The notes beneath the pieces are model-generated. The model made no database searches. It was not told the DNA's origin and saw only the letters and a program-made list of their open reading frames with translations. Position numbers and translations under genes: made by a program. Positions 17,902-27,429 of a DNA stretch of 64,000 bases are shown in pieces (position 1 is the first letter of the stretch; each line of letters begins with the position of its first letter). Source of the DNA: Nanobdellota archaeon (GTDB lineage: Archaea > Nanobdellota > Nanobdellia > CSSed11-243R1); the NCBI GenBank assembly GCA_021163365.1, contig JAGGWW010000007.1:13929-77928 (forward strand). The letters are read 5' to 3'.

Positions 17902-19056
17902 CTATCTTTGTGCAAGCTCTTTTCTTATAAGCTCTTCTGCTTTTTCTTGTGGTTTTTCTCCTCTTTCAAGCTCTATGTCTGTTGGCCTTTGAACCTTTAA
18001 TTCTTTTTTCTTTTTTTCAACAGCTTCAAACAAGAAGGTTTCTCCTTTTTCTGAACGTATCTTTTTAAGCAACTGCTCCATTTTCTTTACAAATTCTTTT
18101 GTCATCTTTAAATGCTCATCCCATTCTTTTCCAGAATATGCTTTTTTCTCTTTATGTTCGATGTCTTTGTAATTCTTAACTATTGTTTCAGCAATCTTTG
18201 CATACTTTTCTGGTACAAGCTTTTCTTTTTCAACAAGAACCTCTTTAACAAATTTAGCAATCTCATTTGGCGCTGGCGGCCTATATCCTAATTCCATGAG
18301 AACAGCTTGAGCACTTGAAACAACTGCTTGTTCTAAATCATATGTTAATTTTGTTAGCATGGTATTTTCTGCAAGCTTAATTAATTCTGTTGCAACATAG
18401 ATGTGTTTATCAATTGCTTCTTTGCTTGGTTTTATGTGTCCCATTTTCATTAACATCTGTATTGGCAAAAAGAACCCAGTATCGTATAAGATAACCCCAT
18501 CTCTTAAAACATTGTAAATAACAGGATTACCTTCCATTGTGTATTGCCAAAATTCTGTTAATAAATATGGTTGTGGGTGAATCTTCTTTGAAATTGGATA
18601 AGCTAATTCTAAAAGCCTTTGAAAAAGTTTGTCTTTTAATTCTGGCCTTGTCATTCTTCTTACATCTGTATCATCAACAATTATAGCGATATCAATATCA
18701 TGTGTTTTTTTACTCATTGTAATCTTTGTCTTTTTGCTCCCCCATAAAACAATTGATTTAATATATCTGCCAAATTTTCCAACAACAGCTGCTATATATT
18801 GCTCAACTGCTTTTGCATCTTTTTTATTTAAAAACTGCTCAAGAATCTTAAGAATTGGAGTTTCTCCGCGTGGAGCTTGAGCAATTAATTTATTTGCAAT
18901 TTCTTCAGCTTCTTTTTTTGAAAGCCCTTTTTCTTTCATTAATCTTTCAACAATTTGTTTTTTTGCTTGTTCAATTGCTTTTGTTTGTTTAGTTTTTTTT
19001 GATGATTTCTTTGCCTTTGCCATGTTTTCACCACACTTTTTATAAACATTCAACAT
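17902..19056 (-). CDS. Pol-beta-superfamily nucleotidyltransferase with a C-terminal helical (KNTase_C/HEPN-like) domain; paralogue of 20045..20866
   Basis: IVLWGSKKTKITMSKKTHDIDIAIIVDD (G[SG]…DxD). The C-terminal …DTGFFLPIQMLMKMGHIKPSKEAIDKH… region is shared with the 273-aa paralogue. Lys-rich N- and C-terminal extensions. Confidence 0.6.
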   Translation of the reverse strand: MLNVYKKCGENMAKAKKSSKKTKQTKAIEQAKKQIVERLMKEKGLSKKEAEEIANKLIAQAPRGETPILKILEQFLNKKDAKAVEQYIAAVVGKFGRYIKSIVLWGSKKTKITMSKKTHDIDIAIIVDDTDVRRMTRPELKDKLFQRLLELAYPISKKIHPQPYLLTEFWQYTMEGNPVIYNVLRDGVILYDTGFFLPIQMLMKMGHIKPSKEAIDKHIYVATELIKLAENTMLTKLTYDLEQAVVSSAQAVLMELGYRPPAPNEIAKFVKEVLVEKEKLVPEKYAKIAETIVKNYKDIEHKEKKAYSGKEWDEHLKMTKEFVKKMEQLLKKIRSEKGETFLFEAVEKKKKELKVQRPTDIELERGEKPQEKAEELIRKELAQR

Positions 19057-19138
19057 ATTCCGTATTTAAAAGCGTTTCCTATGTCAAAACCGAAAGGTTT
19101 ATAAATGATTAAGTTATATAACTACTTGGTGGTGGTAA

Positions 19139-20062
19139 ATGGATAACCAACCAAACCAACAAATTATATTTCAAAATCAAATAGATGCTGGATTCAGGAA
19201 TTACTTAGAATTAATTGAAAAAGGGTTTGCACAAGCATCTTTACTTGATAAACTTGATGGCCCAAATGCACAAGAAGCAATGCCAGAAATTTACAAAACA
19301 TTAAATTATTTCTTGGGCGCATACGATGAAAAAACAGGACAAACAATAAGTTTGCCTCAAGAGATATTTCAAGATAAAGAGAAATTAAAGTCAATATATT
19401 CAAGATTGATTACAGTTTTAAATGGTGGTCCAACATACAAAGGACTTCCAACATTTTTAGAAACAATTTGGGACAGAATATCACAAGCATTGTCACCAGG
19501 CGCAGCATATGTTAACATAATCCCAGAAATTGAAGAGCTTGGAAAACAAATTGGCTATGGTGCATTAAATGATGCAAAGCATGAAGAAATAAAAAGCAAA
19601 CTTGAACAAATAACAGATGGAAAAATATCAGATGAAGAAGCAAGAAAAATTGCAGAGTCATTTGCAAAAAGACATTTTAAAGCACTTAAAGAAAAAGGCA
19701 TACTTGGAGAATTAATGGATGACAAAGTAATTGAACAACTTGTTGAATTATTTGCAGATGTTTGGACTGATGCAAAAGCAACACAAAATGGTAAAATATT
19801 CTATACAATAACATATATGAGAAACGAAGTTGACCCATACGCTGAACAAAACAAAGATAAGTTCAAAGAGTACTTTAAAGGTGTCTCAGACTACGCAATC
19901 AACACTGGAAAAGCACTTGAATTTGAATCGTACAAAAAAGCATTGCAAACAATCTATGGAATAAATGAAAAAAGAGGAGCGCTTTTGAAACTTGGGCAAG
20001 AAGGAAAATTAATTGAAGCATTAATGCTTCCGTACATGGGTAAACTAAACGCTGGAGCTTGA
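19139..20062 (+). CDS. Hypothetical protein (307 aa)
   Basis: ORF with good coding statistics and an SD-like GGTGGTGG upstream. No family recognised. Confidence 0.4.
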   Translation: MDNQPNQQIIFQNQIDAGFRNYLELIEKGFAQASLLDKLDGPNAQEAMPEIYKTLNYFLGAYDEKTGQTISLPQEIFQDKEKLKSIYSRLITVLNGGPTYKGLPTFLETIWDRISQALSPGAAYVNIIPEIEELGKQIGYGALNDAKHEEIKSKLEQITDGKISDEEARKIAESFAKRHFKALKEKGILGELMDDKVIEQLVELFADVWTDAKATQNGKIFYTITYMRNEVDPYAEQNKDKFKEYFKGVSDYAINTGKALEFESYKKALQTIYGINEKRGALLKLGQEGKLIEALMLPYMGKLNAGA

Positions 20063-20866
20063 TTCTTCTTTTCTTTTTACTAATTCTCTCATCTTTCCTT
20101 CAAAATCTTCTGCCATTTCCCTATATCTATCAAAATCAACACCATTACCCCTTAAAATCTCTCCATGAACAATTGCTTTTGCTGTTTTCCAAATTTCTCT
20201 GTAGTAATTAACATATTTTTTTGCAAGAAGTTTTTTTGATACAAATGTATCCATTAGCATTTTTTCAATGTGCTCTGGAGATGGTGGAACCTTTCCATAT
20301 GCCATTAATGCAGCATGAGCAGAGTCAATCATCACCCAATACAAATCAACTAATCCAGCAAGAATTCTTGAATTTGCTCTTGTTAAATGCCATGGAGCTC
20401 TTGTTAAAGCATTGTAAATTGCTTCTTTGCTTGGACGAATTCTTCCAGCTGCTAACAAAAATTGTAAAGGTTCAAAGTACCCAGTATCAATTAAAGGTAC
20501 ACCATATCTAAGAACATTTATTGCAACAGGTTCTCCAACAAGGATGTTTTCCCAAAACGTTGTTAGTGTTACTGTTGTAACATGTAAGCGCGGGTCACTT
20601 TTTCTAATTAACTTTGCAAGCTCTAAGTTATACCAATCAATGAATTTTCTCGTTGGTGCTACAGAGGTATCATCAACAATTATCAGTATATCTATATCGC
20701 TTCCTTTTTCAGGAACAGCTTTTGCTATAGAGCCAAATAAAACAACTGATTTTATTATTCCAGGAAAAAGTTCGAAAACATCTTTCGCAAATTTATAACC
20801 GATTTTATAAGCTTCCCCAACAAGTTTTTCTTTTTCTTCGTGTGTTAATTTTCTGTGCACAACCAT
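20045..20866 (-). CDS. Pol-beta-superfamily nucleotidyltransferase with a KNTase_C/HEPN-like helical domain; paralogue of 17902..19056
   Basis: VVLFGSIAKAVPEKGSDIDILIIVDD, and …DTGYFEPLQFLLAAGRIRPSKEAIYNAL…. Confidence 0.65.
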   Translation of the reverse strand: MVVHRKLTHEEKEKLVGEAYKIGYKFAKDVFELFPGIIKSVVLFGSIAKAVPEKGSDIDILIIVDDTSVAPTRKFIDWYNLELAKLIRKSDPRLHVTTVTLTTFWENILVGEPVAINVLRYGVPLIDTGYFEPLQFLLAAGRIRPSKEAIYNALTRAPWHLTRANSRILAGLVDLYWVMIDSAHAALMAYGKVPPSPEHIEKMLMDTFVSKKLLAKKYVNYYREIWKTAKAIVHGEILRGNGVDFDRYREMAEDFEGKMRELVKRKEESSSSV

Positions 20867-20907
20867 TTGCTCACCTCACCTTTTTAAATATTTTATTAAA
20901 TATATTT

Positions 20908-22596
20908 TTAACTCATTGGCGTACCAGCAAATCTTTCACCTGGTTTTTGTCCACCAATTTGCGCCCCAGTTGCATAAGGTAAACCTGAAAATCCAACACC
21001 ATATGTTTGGAAATTCACATCAGGTAAAATTGGTCCTGTTGTAAAAGCATAACCTGTTTGGAAATATGTGCCAAAAGCCATGTCCCATGATGGTCCTCCA
21101 GGAACAAGAGGCACACCCATTTGATAAAGAGATTGTGCAACACCAAATGCTTGCTGTCCATAAGGTATTGCTCCAAATGTTTCAAGTATTGCTCTTCCTT
21201 TCCAACCTTTTTTTCGAAGAATTTCTATTGCTTCTTTTATTGGTGCAGTTCCCCACCCAATTGGTAGATGGGCATCAATATCACCAAAGTTATCTGTAAT
21301 ATGAACATGCTTAATATATGGATAAACCTTTTTTACCCATTCTAATATCTCTTTATCACTGTAGAGCTTACCTGTTTTTGGATTAATGTATTTCTTAAAG
21401 AGATTTAAATGCCCTATATCAAGAGTTATCCCAATCAATTCATTTGCTACTTTTCTTGCTGCATCTCTTGAAAGTCCTTTTTTTCTAACTAATTCTTCTG
21501 CTAAAGATTGCCTTATTTCTTTTACTGCTTCTGCAAGTTTTTCTGGATTGCTTAATGCATGCTCTGGATAAAAGTTTTCAATTACAATCATTGGCTGGCT
21601 CTTTTTTTCATAAGCTTTTAACCCAAGCTCAACAAATGTCTTCTTAATTTGTTCCTTTGCAACATTATCTGGTGAATCTAAAATCCTAAGATTGCCTTTT
21701 TCATCAGTATATTTTCTTAACAAATGTCTCATTTCTGCTTTATGCTGCTCCTCTTCCTCTTTTATTGCTCTATACATCCTTGCAACCTCAAGCAAATCTA
21801 ATCTTCCTTTATCAATAAGTTCTTTTTCAACCTTTTTTGGATTTCTTTCAAGTTCAGCAAGTTGGATACCAACTGCCTTAAGTTGCTCTTCATAGTGCTT
21901 TCTCCAATATGCTGTGTGAGCTTCTTGATACCTTAAATTATCAACCATTCTTTTGTTGTACATTTTTAACCTTCCTTGTGGAAGAAGTTCATAATGTCCT
22001 GGCTTTCCTGGAATAGGTTTAAAATCAACACCTTCTTTTAACCCCATGCCTTCAAGATAACTTTTATCATATGCAACTTCTTTTGCTTCTATTGGTACTA
22101 TCTCTCCACTATCTCTATTTATTACATACATATACTTATCTGGCATTGGGTTACCAGGAACTGCATTAACAGCATGAATAACTACTGGAACATGTTTTTT
22201 GTTCATGCTTCTTCCAATCTGGTCAACAAAATCCAATGTTTGTTCAAACTCTTGCACTGCTTTTACTCTTGCTATTTCAGAAATAGCATTACCTTGTCCT
22301 CCTGCTGGACATAAAAGTGGAGCATGAACAGACAAATTAACCTTGTTTAGTTTTGCAAGTCTTATCAATTCCTCTCTTTCAATTTTTCCAAGTTGTGCTA
22401 AGTGTCCTGCTTGTTGAAAACTCATTTGTGTTCCAAGGTTTACTTCTAAATTTTGCAAACCCCAATTTATTGCAGTATTTGTTGTCATAAGTTGGGAACC
22501 CATTGGTGTAACACTTGCTCCAAGGCCATAGCTACCAAAATCAAGAGAATTAAAATGAGCATATTCAAATCTTAAATTGTCATACATTTTACACAC
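20908..22596 (-). CDS. Xylose-isomerase-like TIM-barrel (AP-endonuclease-2/sugar-phosphate isomerase superfamily) protein with a large internal coiled-coil insertion
   Basis: SVHAPLL (HAP motif), LDIGHLN (DxGH) and HVHITDNFGDIDAHLPIGWG (HxHxxD…H) match this TIM-barrel metal-site pattern. An inserted K/E-rich segment of roughly 190 aa separates the N-terminal HAP motif from the C-terminal DxGH/HxHxxD motifs. Confidence 0.5.
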   Translation of the reverse strand: MCKMYDNLRFEYAHFNSLDFGSYGLGASVTPMGSQLMTTNTAINWGLQNLEVNLGTQMSFQQAGHLAQLGKIEREELIRLAKLNKVNLSVHAPLLCPAGGQGNAISEIARVKAVQEFEQTLDFVDQIGRSMNKKHVPVVIHAVNAVPGNPMPDKYMYVINRDSGEIVPIEAKEVAYDKSYLEGMGLKEGVDFKPIPGKPGHYELLPQGRLKMYNKRMVDNLRYQEAHTAYWRKHYEEQLKAVGIQLAELERNPKKVEKELIDKGRLDLLEVARMYRAIKEEEEQHKAEMRHLLRKYTDEKGNLRILDSPDNVAKEQIKKTFVELGLKAYEKKSQPMIVIENFYPEHALSNPEKLAEAVKEIRQSLAEELVRKKGLSRDAARKVANELIGITLDIGHLNLFKKYINPKTGKLYSDKEILEWVKKVYPYIKHVHITDNFGDIDAHLPIGWGTAPIKEAIEILRKKGWKGRAILETFGAIPYGQQAFGVAQSLYQMGVPLVPGGPSWDMAFGTYFQTGYAFTTGPILPDVNFQTYGVGFSGLPYATGAQIGGQKPGERFAGTPMS

Positions 22597-23224
22597 CCAT
22601 TAACGTTCTTCTCAAATATTCTTCTTTTTCTTTCTTTTCTCTTTCTATAAACTTAGTAAGGTATTCCTCCCTTTTATACTCTACTGTTAATTCTTCTGGT
22701 GTTTCATCTGGTTTTGTTGCTTCAAAATCAATATTAACAAAAGGCTTTGAAACATCAATTCCACCTTGAATTTCTGCTTCTATTGGTATTGCTGTTTGAA
22801 TTCTTTGATATGTTGTTTCTGATTCAAGTGGGATATATGTTGGCTGAGATATTTTTCTATATTCTTCTTTTTCCATGTAAGCACTTGATTTAATTTCTTC
22901 TTCAATTGAAATTGGAATCTCTGTTATTTCTGAAGGTAATTCAACAAAATATTCTTTTAATTCTTCAAGATGTATTTCTGGTGGTGCTGCTCTTTGCATA
23001 ACAATTTTTTCAATTTGGCTTTCTTCTTCCTCTTCTTCATGAATTTTTTCAAAAGAAAGCCGCTTTTTCTCAAGATGCTCAATTTCCTTAAGCATCTTAA
23101 TTAACTTTTCTTTTGCCTTCTTATCTTTAGTTTTAAAAATAAGTTTTTCTAAAAATTTTATCTTACCTTTTACATCATCTATTTTATTAAGTTCCTCTTC
23201 AATAAGTTCAAAATCAAGTTTCAT
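22589..23224 (-). CDS. Acidic coiled-coil protein (211 aa)
   Basis: E/K-rich ORF. Its start overlaps the stop of the next upstream gene. Confidence 0.4.
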   Translation of the reverse strand: MKLDFELIEEELNKIDDVKGKIKFLEKLIFKTKDKKAKEKLIKMLKEIEHLEKKRLSFEKIHEEEEEESQIEKIVMQRAAPPEIHLEELKEYFVELPSEITEIPISIEEEIKSSAYMEKEEYRKISQPTYIPLESETTYQRIQTAIPIEAEIQGGIDVSKPFVNIDFEATKPDETPEELTVEYKREEYLTKFIEREKKEKEEYLRRTLMGV

Positions 23225-23230
23225 TTTTTA

Positions 23231-24730
23231 TCAGAACTTGACTGGTTTTGGTGGTTTTGTAATTGTGTGTGGTACAGCTTTGTATTCTGGGAAATACGGG
23301 AATGATTTGAACCTATGAGCTTTCTTAAATATGTCATATAATGTAAACAACCTATCCGCTGTTTCTTTTATTACAAGTTGTTTTACTTTTCTTTCCAACA
23401 CTTTTGATGTTGAAAACAAAGAAAGCAGTCCCTTTTTCCCACTGCTGGTTTTGCCTTTTAAAAACTTGTCAAGAATTGGTTCTCTTTTCTTTTTTTCTTC
23501 TTTTTTCTCAAGATCTTCAATTTCTTTTAAATACTTTTCTAGCTCTTCTCTCATTGCTTCAAGAGATTCTGTTGTTAAGCCCTCTATGAATTTCATTGCT
23601 TCATATTCTTCTTGTTTCTTTAAAGCATCATATTCTTCTTGCGTCATTGCATAACCTATGAATTCAATATTTAACTTACCCATTTGTCTGTAGGAGCCAC
23701 CTGTTTGGGCTTGTGCAACAACAGCTGGTTTTGTTCTATATGTAAATCTAAGTTCAATCACAGACAAAGCATAAGGACCACCTTTTTCAGCTTTCATAGC
23801 ACCCATCTCTTCTTCAGAATAAACTTTTGGTTCAACTAATGAAGGAGTCTTAGTTGGCTTCATTGTTGGTGGAGAATACTTCTTTGGCAAACCAAATGGT
23901 CTTTTAAACTCATGAAGATAATATTTTTTGGTTCCTCTTACAACAATTTCAATTACATTTTGGTCAAAAGCTTGAACAAGTTCTGGGTCTCTTATATTTG
24001 GTTCTTTAAACTGAAGCATTTGAGCTGCTTTAAGATATGGCTTTGCCCAAACAGAATATAATCTTAAAGCTTCAACTTGCGATTTAAGATATGCAAGTTC
24101 AATTTTTCTTCTTTGTTCTAATTCTTTTTCGCTTTCTTTTTCCCATTTTAAGTACTCCTCTATTCTTCCTTTTAAAATCCTTTTTACCCTATCGTTTAAA
24201 TCCATCTTGTCAACTTCTTCTGGACTATTTGCAAGCATAAATGCATCTCTAAGTGTTGTAAATTCTAATCCTCTTTGCGCAGTCATGGAGTTAATAGATG
24301 CCGCACCTTTTCTAACATCTACTTCATCCATCCATATTCTTTTCAATGTTAATCTTGCTGCTTCTCTTGTTTTTGGATTTGGGCTATGCAAGTCTTTATA
24401 AACCTCTAATCTTCTATCAAATTCCCTTAAATCATAAAGCAAATTAACAATAGATTTAACAACAGTATTTATTGTTGCAAGTATTTCCATGCCTCTTTTT
24501 TCAAGATATTGTCTTCTTGCAGACATCTCTCCAAAAAATTGTGAAACAACACTTGCAGCGATTTGCTCTTTATGTTTTTCAACTTTATATCCTAATTTTT
24601 TTAAAAAATCGATTAACCAGAAGTAATATGGCTCTAAACTAGTTGTAAAGCTATGAATCTCCATCTCATACTTATCAACGAAACACCTAACTAATATGTC
24701 GTGAATCTTCTTTTCATTATCTTTAGCCAT
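23231..24730 (-). CDS. Hypothetical protein (499 aa)
   Basis: Long ORF. Co-directional with 22589..23224 and 20908..22596, separated from them by 6 nt and an 8-nt overlap. No recognisable domain. Confidence 0.45.
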   Translation of the reverse strand: MAKDNEKKIHDILVRCFVDKYEMEIHSFTTSLEPYYFWLIDFLKKLGYKVEKHKEQIAASVVSQFFGEMSARRQYLEKRGMEILATINTVVKSIVNLLYDLREFDRRLEVYKDLHSPNPKTREAARLTLKRIWMDEVDVRKGAASINSMTAQRGLEFTTLRDAFMLANSPEEVDKMDLNDRVKRILKGRIEEYLKWEKESEKELEQRRKIELAYLKSQVEALRLYSVWAKPYLKAAQMLQFKEPNIRDPELVQAFDQNVIEIVVRGTKKYYLHEFKRPFGLPKKYSPPTMKPTKTPSLVEPKVYSEEEMGAMKAEKGGPYALSVIELRFTYRTKPAVVAQAQTGGSYRQMGKLNIEFIGYAMTQEEYDALKKQEEYEAMKFIEGLTTESLEAMREELEKYLKEIEDLEKKEEKKKREPILDKFLKGKTSSGKKGLLSLFSTSKVLERKVKQLVIKETADRLFTLYDIFKKAHRFKSFPYFPEYKAVPHTITKPPKPVKF

Positions 24731-24806
24731 GTAAAATTAAACTCATTGTGCATATATAAAATTTCAGATAACAAAGCTTAAAACCTATGCATGATTAAAA
24801 AAATCC

Positions 24807-25169
24807 ATGGGATTGTTTGATTTTTTGAAAAAGAAAAAAGAAGAGGACTTTGGGGAATTTGGTGGCGGGCTTGGTGGATTAGAACCAGGAATGCCAGGAG
24901 AACCCACCCCGCCAACAGCTGCACCACAACCACCACCATTATTTGGAGCACCAGAAACACCACCGCCTGGAACACCACCGCCATTAGCACCACCAATCTC
25001 ACCAACACCAGTTAGAATTGGGCCACAGCAACCACAGCAACAAGATAGAATTCAATTGTTAAAAAGCAGCATAGATGTGCTTTCATCGAAAATAGATGCA
25101 TTAAAAGCAACAATTGATAGAATAAATGAAAGGCTTGATTACATAGAACGCTATTTGCTAAGGAGATAA
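24807..25169 (+). CDS. Proline-rich protein with N-terminal amphipathic MGLFDFLKKKK and a C-terminal coiled coil (120 aa)
   Basis: MGLFDFLKKKKEEDFGEFGGG…, then a low-complexity Pro run (PTPPTAAPQPPPLFGAPETPPPGTPPPLAPP), then LLKSSIDVLSSKIDALKATIDRINERLDYIERYL. A local GC-rich island from the Pro/Gly codons. Its stop is adjacent to the start of the membrane protein downstream. Confidence 0.5.
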   Translation: MGLFDFLKKKKEEDFGEFGGGLGGLEPGMPGEPTPPTAAPQPPPLFGAPETPPPGTPPPLAPPISPTPVRIGPQQPQQQDRIQLLKSSIDVLSSKIDALKATIDRINERLDYIERYLLRR

Positions 25170-25170
25170 T

Positions 25171-25896
25171 ATGTACACAATTGGCAAAACAATTTTGCTT
25201 GGCATTGTTTTAGTTTCCTTAGTTTTTGTTTTTTATAAGGTTTTCAAAAAATTAAAGATAAAAATAAACAAGCAAATGTATGTCGCCCTCTCTGTTTGGG
25301 TTCTTCTTGCAGCATTTGTTAGGGTTTTTGAAGATGCAGGAATTTATCCAACAAGTTTTTTTACAGTTTCTCCAGGCATAATCATCTTATTTTCAATTAT
25401 CTTTTTAGCAACACTTTTCATTTGCGTTAAACTTCAAAAAAAGATTGAGCTTTGGAAAAGTTTGTCTATTGCAGGGTTGATTGGTATTTTAGTGCATCTT
25501 CCTTTTTTTAATCTTAAGAATGTTGAAGGATTTATTCTTGTGGTTGCTGTTTTTACAGTTGTCCTTCTTGTTATGATGCTAATAAACAAATTTGTGAATG
25601 CTGATTTTTTTTCTTTTTCAGCGCTTTCATCACACATGTTTGATGCATCAGCAACCTTTGTTTCTTTGCAATTCTTTGGTTATAGTGAAAAACATGTTTT
25701 GCCAACATATTTAATAAATTATGTTGGACCTTGGGTGATGTTTGTGCTAAAGCTAATTGTCCTTATACCTGTGATTTTCCTTATAAACAAATACTCAGAA
25801 ACAGAAGAATTCCGCAGATTCCTTTTGTTAGCAGTTTACGTAATTGGATTAGCACCAGCTTTAAGAGATTTGCTTAGGCTTGCAATGTTTGTCTGA
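25171..25896 (+). CDS. Polytopic membrane protein (241 aa)
   Basis: At least six hydrophobic segments. Translationally coupled (1-nt spacing) to the Pro-rich protein upstream. Confidence 0.5.
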   Translation: MYTIGKTILLGIVLVSLVFVFYKVFKKLKIKINKQMYVALSVWVLLAAFVRVFEDAGIYPTSFFTVSPGIIILFSIIFLATLFICVKLQKKIELWKSLSIAGLIGILVHLPFFNLKNVEGFILVVAVFTVVLLVMMLINKFVNADFFSFSALSSHMFDASATFVSLQFFGYSEKHVLPTYLINYVGPWVMFVLKLIVLIPVIFLINKYSETEEFRRFLLLAVYVIGLAPALRDLLRLAMFV

Positions 25897-25957
25897 AATT
25901 TTTTTCAGCATTCTAAGCTAAGGTTCATATAAATACTTTAGGAGATTTAATCTAACT

Positions 25958-26830
25958 ATGAAGGTAAAAGAAAGAGCTTGCGGAAAGGTAATCTTATTTG
26001 GTGAGCATACTGTTGTTTACAGTGGTTATGCTTTAGCAGCTTCTATTGATTTGTTTGCTGAAGTTGAATTAAGAAGAAGCTTATCAAAGAAAACATACAA
26101 TAGCCCAATAAAAGACATATTAGAAAGGTTTTCAAAAGATTATGGTGTTAAAACAGATAAATTAAAAATAAACATAAAAAACGAAATACCAAAAGGTTGT
26201 GGTTCTGGAAGCGCAATTGCTTGTGCACTTACAAAAGCACTTCACAAGTACTTTAATATTGAATTAAATGATGAAAAACTAATTGATTATGTGAATTTCT
26301 CTGATAGTATAACGCATGGAGGAAAAGTAAGTGGTATAGATGCATATACTGTTGTAAAAGGTGGTTTTGTTTATGCTGAAGAAGGTAAGTTTTCTCAAGT
26401 AGATGTTAATGAACCACTTGAGCTTGTTGTTTGCGATAGTGGTGTTAGAGCTCAAACAAAAAAACAAATTGAAAAACTTGAAAAATACAAGCAAGAAAAT
26501 GAAGAATTATTTAGATTAAGTAATGCAGCAATTACAACGTTTGCTGTTACAACTGCTGAATTTCTTCTTTCGCCTTTAGACAAAAAAGCTATTGGGCACT
26601 TTATGTATGAAAATCACGAAATATTAAAACACATGGGTTTGTCCTGCAAAGAACTTGATGAAATAGTTGAATTTGCAAAAGAAAGAGGAGAACTTGGAGC
26701 AAAGCTTACTGGAGCAGGTGGTGGTGGAGCTGCGATAATATTATCAGAAAATCCAAAAGAGCTTGTAGAAGAACTAAAGAAAAAAGGATACAAAGCATTC
26801 ATTGTAAGATTAGGAATATCCAAAGTATAA
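25958..26830 (+). CDS. mvk: Mevalonate kinase (GHMP kinase family)
   Basis: GKVILFGEHTVVYSG (N-terminal MVK motif), GCGSGSAIACALTKAL (GHMP ATP-binding motif 2) and KLTGAGGGGAAII (motif 3). Confidence 0.7.
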   Translation: MKVKERACGKVILFGEHTVVYSGYALAASIDLFAEVELRRSLSKKTYNSPIKDILERFSKDYGVKTDKLKINIKNEIPKGCGSGSAIACALTKALHKYFNIELNDEKLIDYVNFSDSITHGGKVSGIDAYTVVKGGFVYAEEGKFSQVDVNEPLELVVCDSGVRAQTKKQIEKLEKYKQENEELFRLSNAAITTFAVTTAEFLLSPLDKKAIGHFMYENHEILKHMGLSCKELDEIVEFAKERGELGAKLTGAGGGGAAIILSENPKELVEELKKKGYKAFIVRLGISKV

Positions 26831-26877
26831 GTCTTGCACAAGTAAGTTGTTTGTTTTTTCTTTAGGAAACATGTCTA

Positions 26878-27429
26878 TTATTTTATGTTTGGCATTCCAT
26901 GTAAAGTATGTAAAATCAAAAAGTTGGTAATATGTTCTTGGCTGGGAAAACACAACACCAGCGCATGCATGTTGTTTATTTGGTGATATTTGTCCCCATA
27001 CATATCCTCTTTTACAAGAACAAAACGGGCATCTAAACCTGCTGCTTTTGCTAAAATAAGAAACAGCATTGTTTTATGGTAACATGTGCCATTGCCATTT
27101 GTTAGAATGTATTTAATCGCAGAACCTTTAAGTTCATCATTTGCTTTTTCATCGTAATCATACAAGAAGGTTATAGCCATGTAAATTGAAATTGCCTTTG
27201 AAAATTCATCATCCAAATCTTTTGTTATTTTCATTGCAATTTCATACAATGGCTTTGGTATGTACAATGGTGATTTTTCATTTAAAACAGCATATTCCAA
27301 TCCCTCAGAAAGCACAAATAAATCTTTATTAACATATTTTGAAAAATCATGCAAGGCTTTCAACCATCTCACCCAAACTTTTAACAAGTTGCATATTTCT
27401 ATAAACACCGCTATTTGGAAGAATTTCAT
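26878..27429 (-). CDS. Transglutaminase-like cysteine-protease-fold protein, paralogue 2 (last gene of the long operon)
   Basis: GNGTCYHKTMLFLILAKAAGLDARFV… parallels GTCYSMTRVYVALAKSVGLDARIV in the upstream gene. The annotated start overlaps the upstream gene by 83 nt, so the true start is probably internal. Confidence 0.5.
   Translation of the reverse strand: MKFFQIAVFIEICNLLKVWVRWLKALHDFSKYVNKDLFVLSEGLEYAVLNEKSPLYIPKPLYEIAMKITKDLDDEFSKAISIYMAITFLYDYDEKANDELKGSAIKYILTNGNGTCYHKTMLFLILAKAAGLDARFVLVKEDMYGDKYHQINNMHALVLCFPSQEHITNFLILHTLHGMPNIK

Noticed and set aside
24778-25008. Minus-strand ORF rich in V/L/A overlapping the Pro-rich gene
   Set aside because: It is the reverse complement of the Pro/Gly-codon-rich stretch (CCN/GGN gives NGG/NCC). 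The sense-strand gene has a coupled downstream partner and a plausible domain layout.
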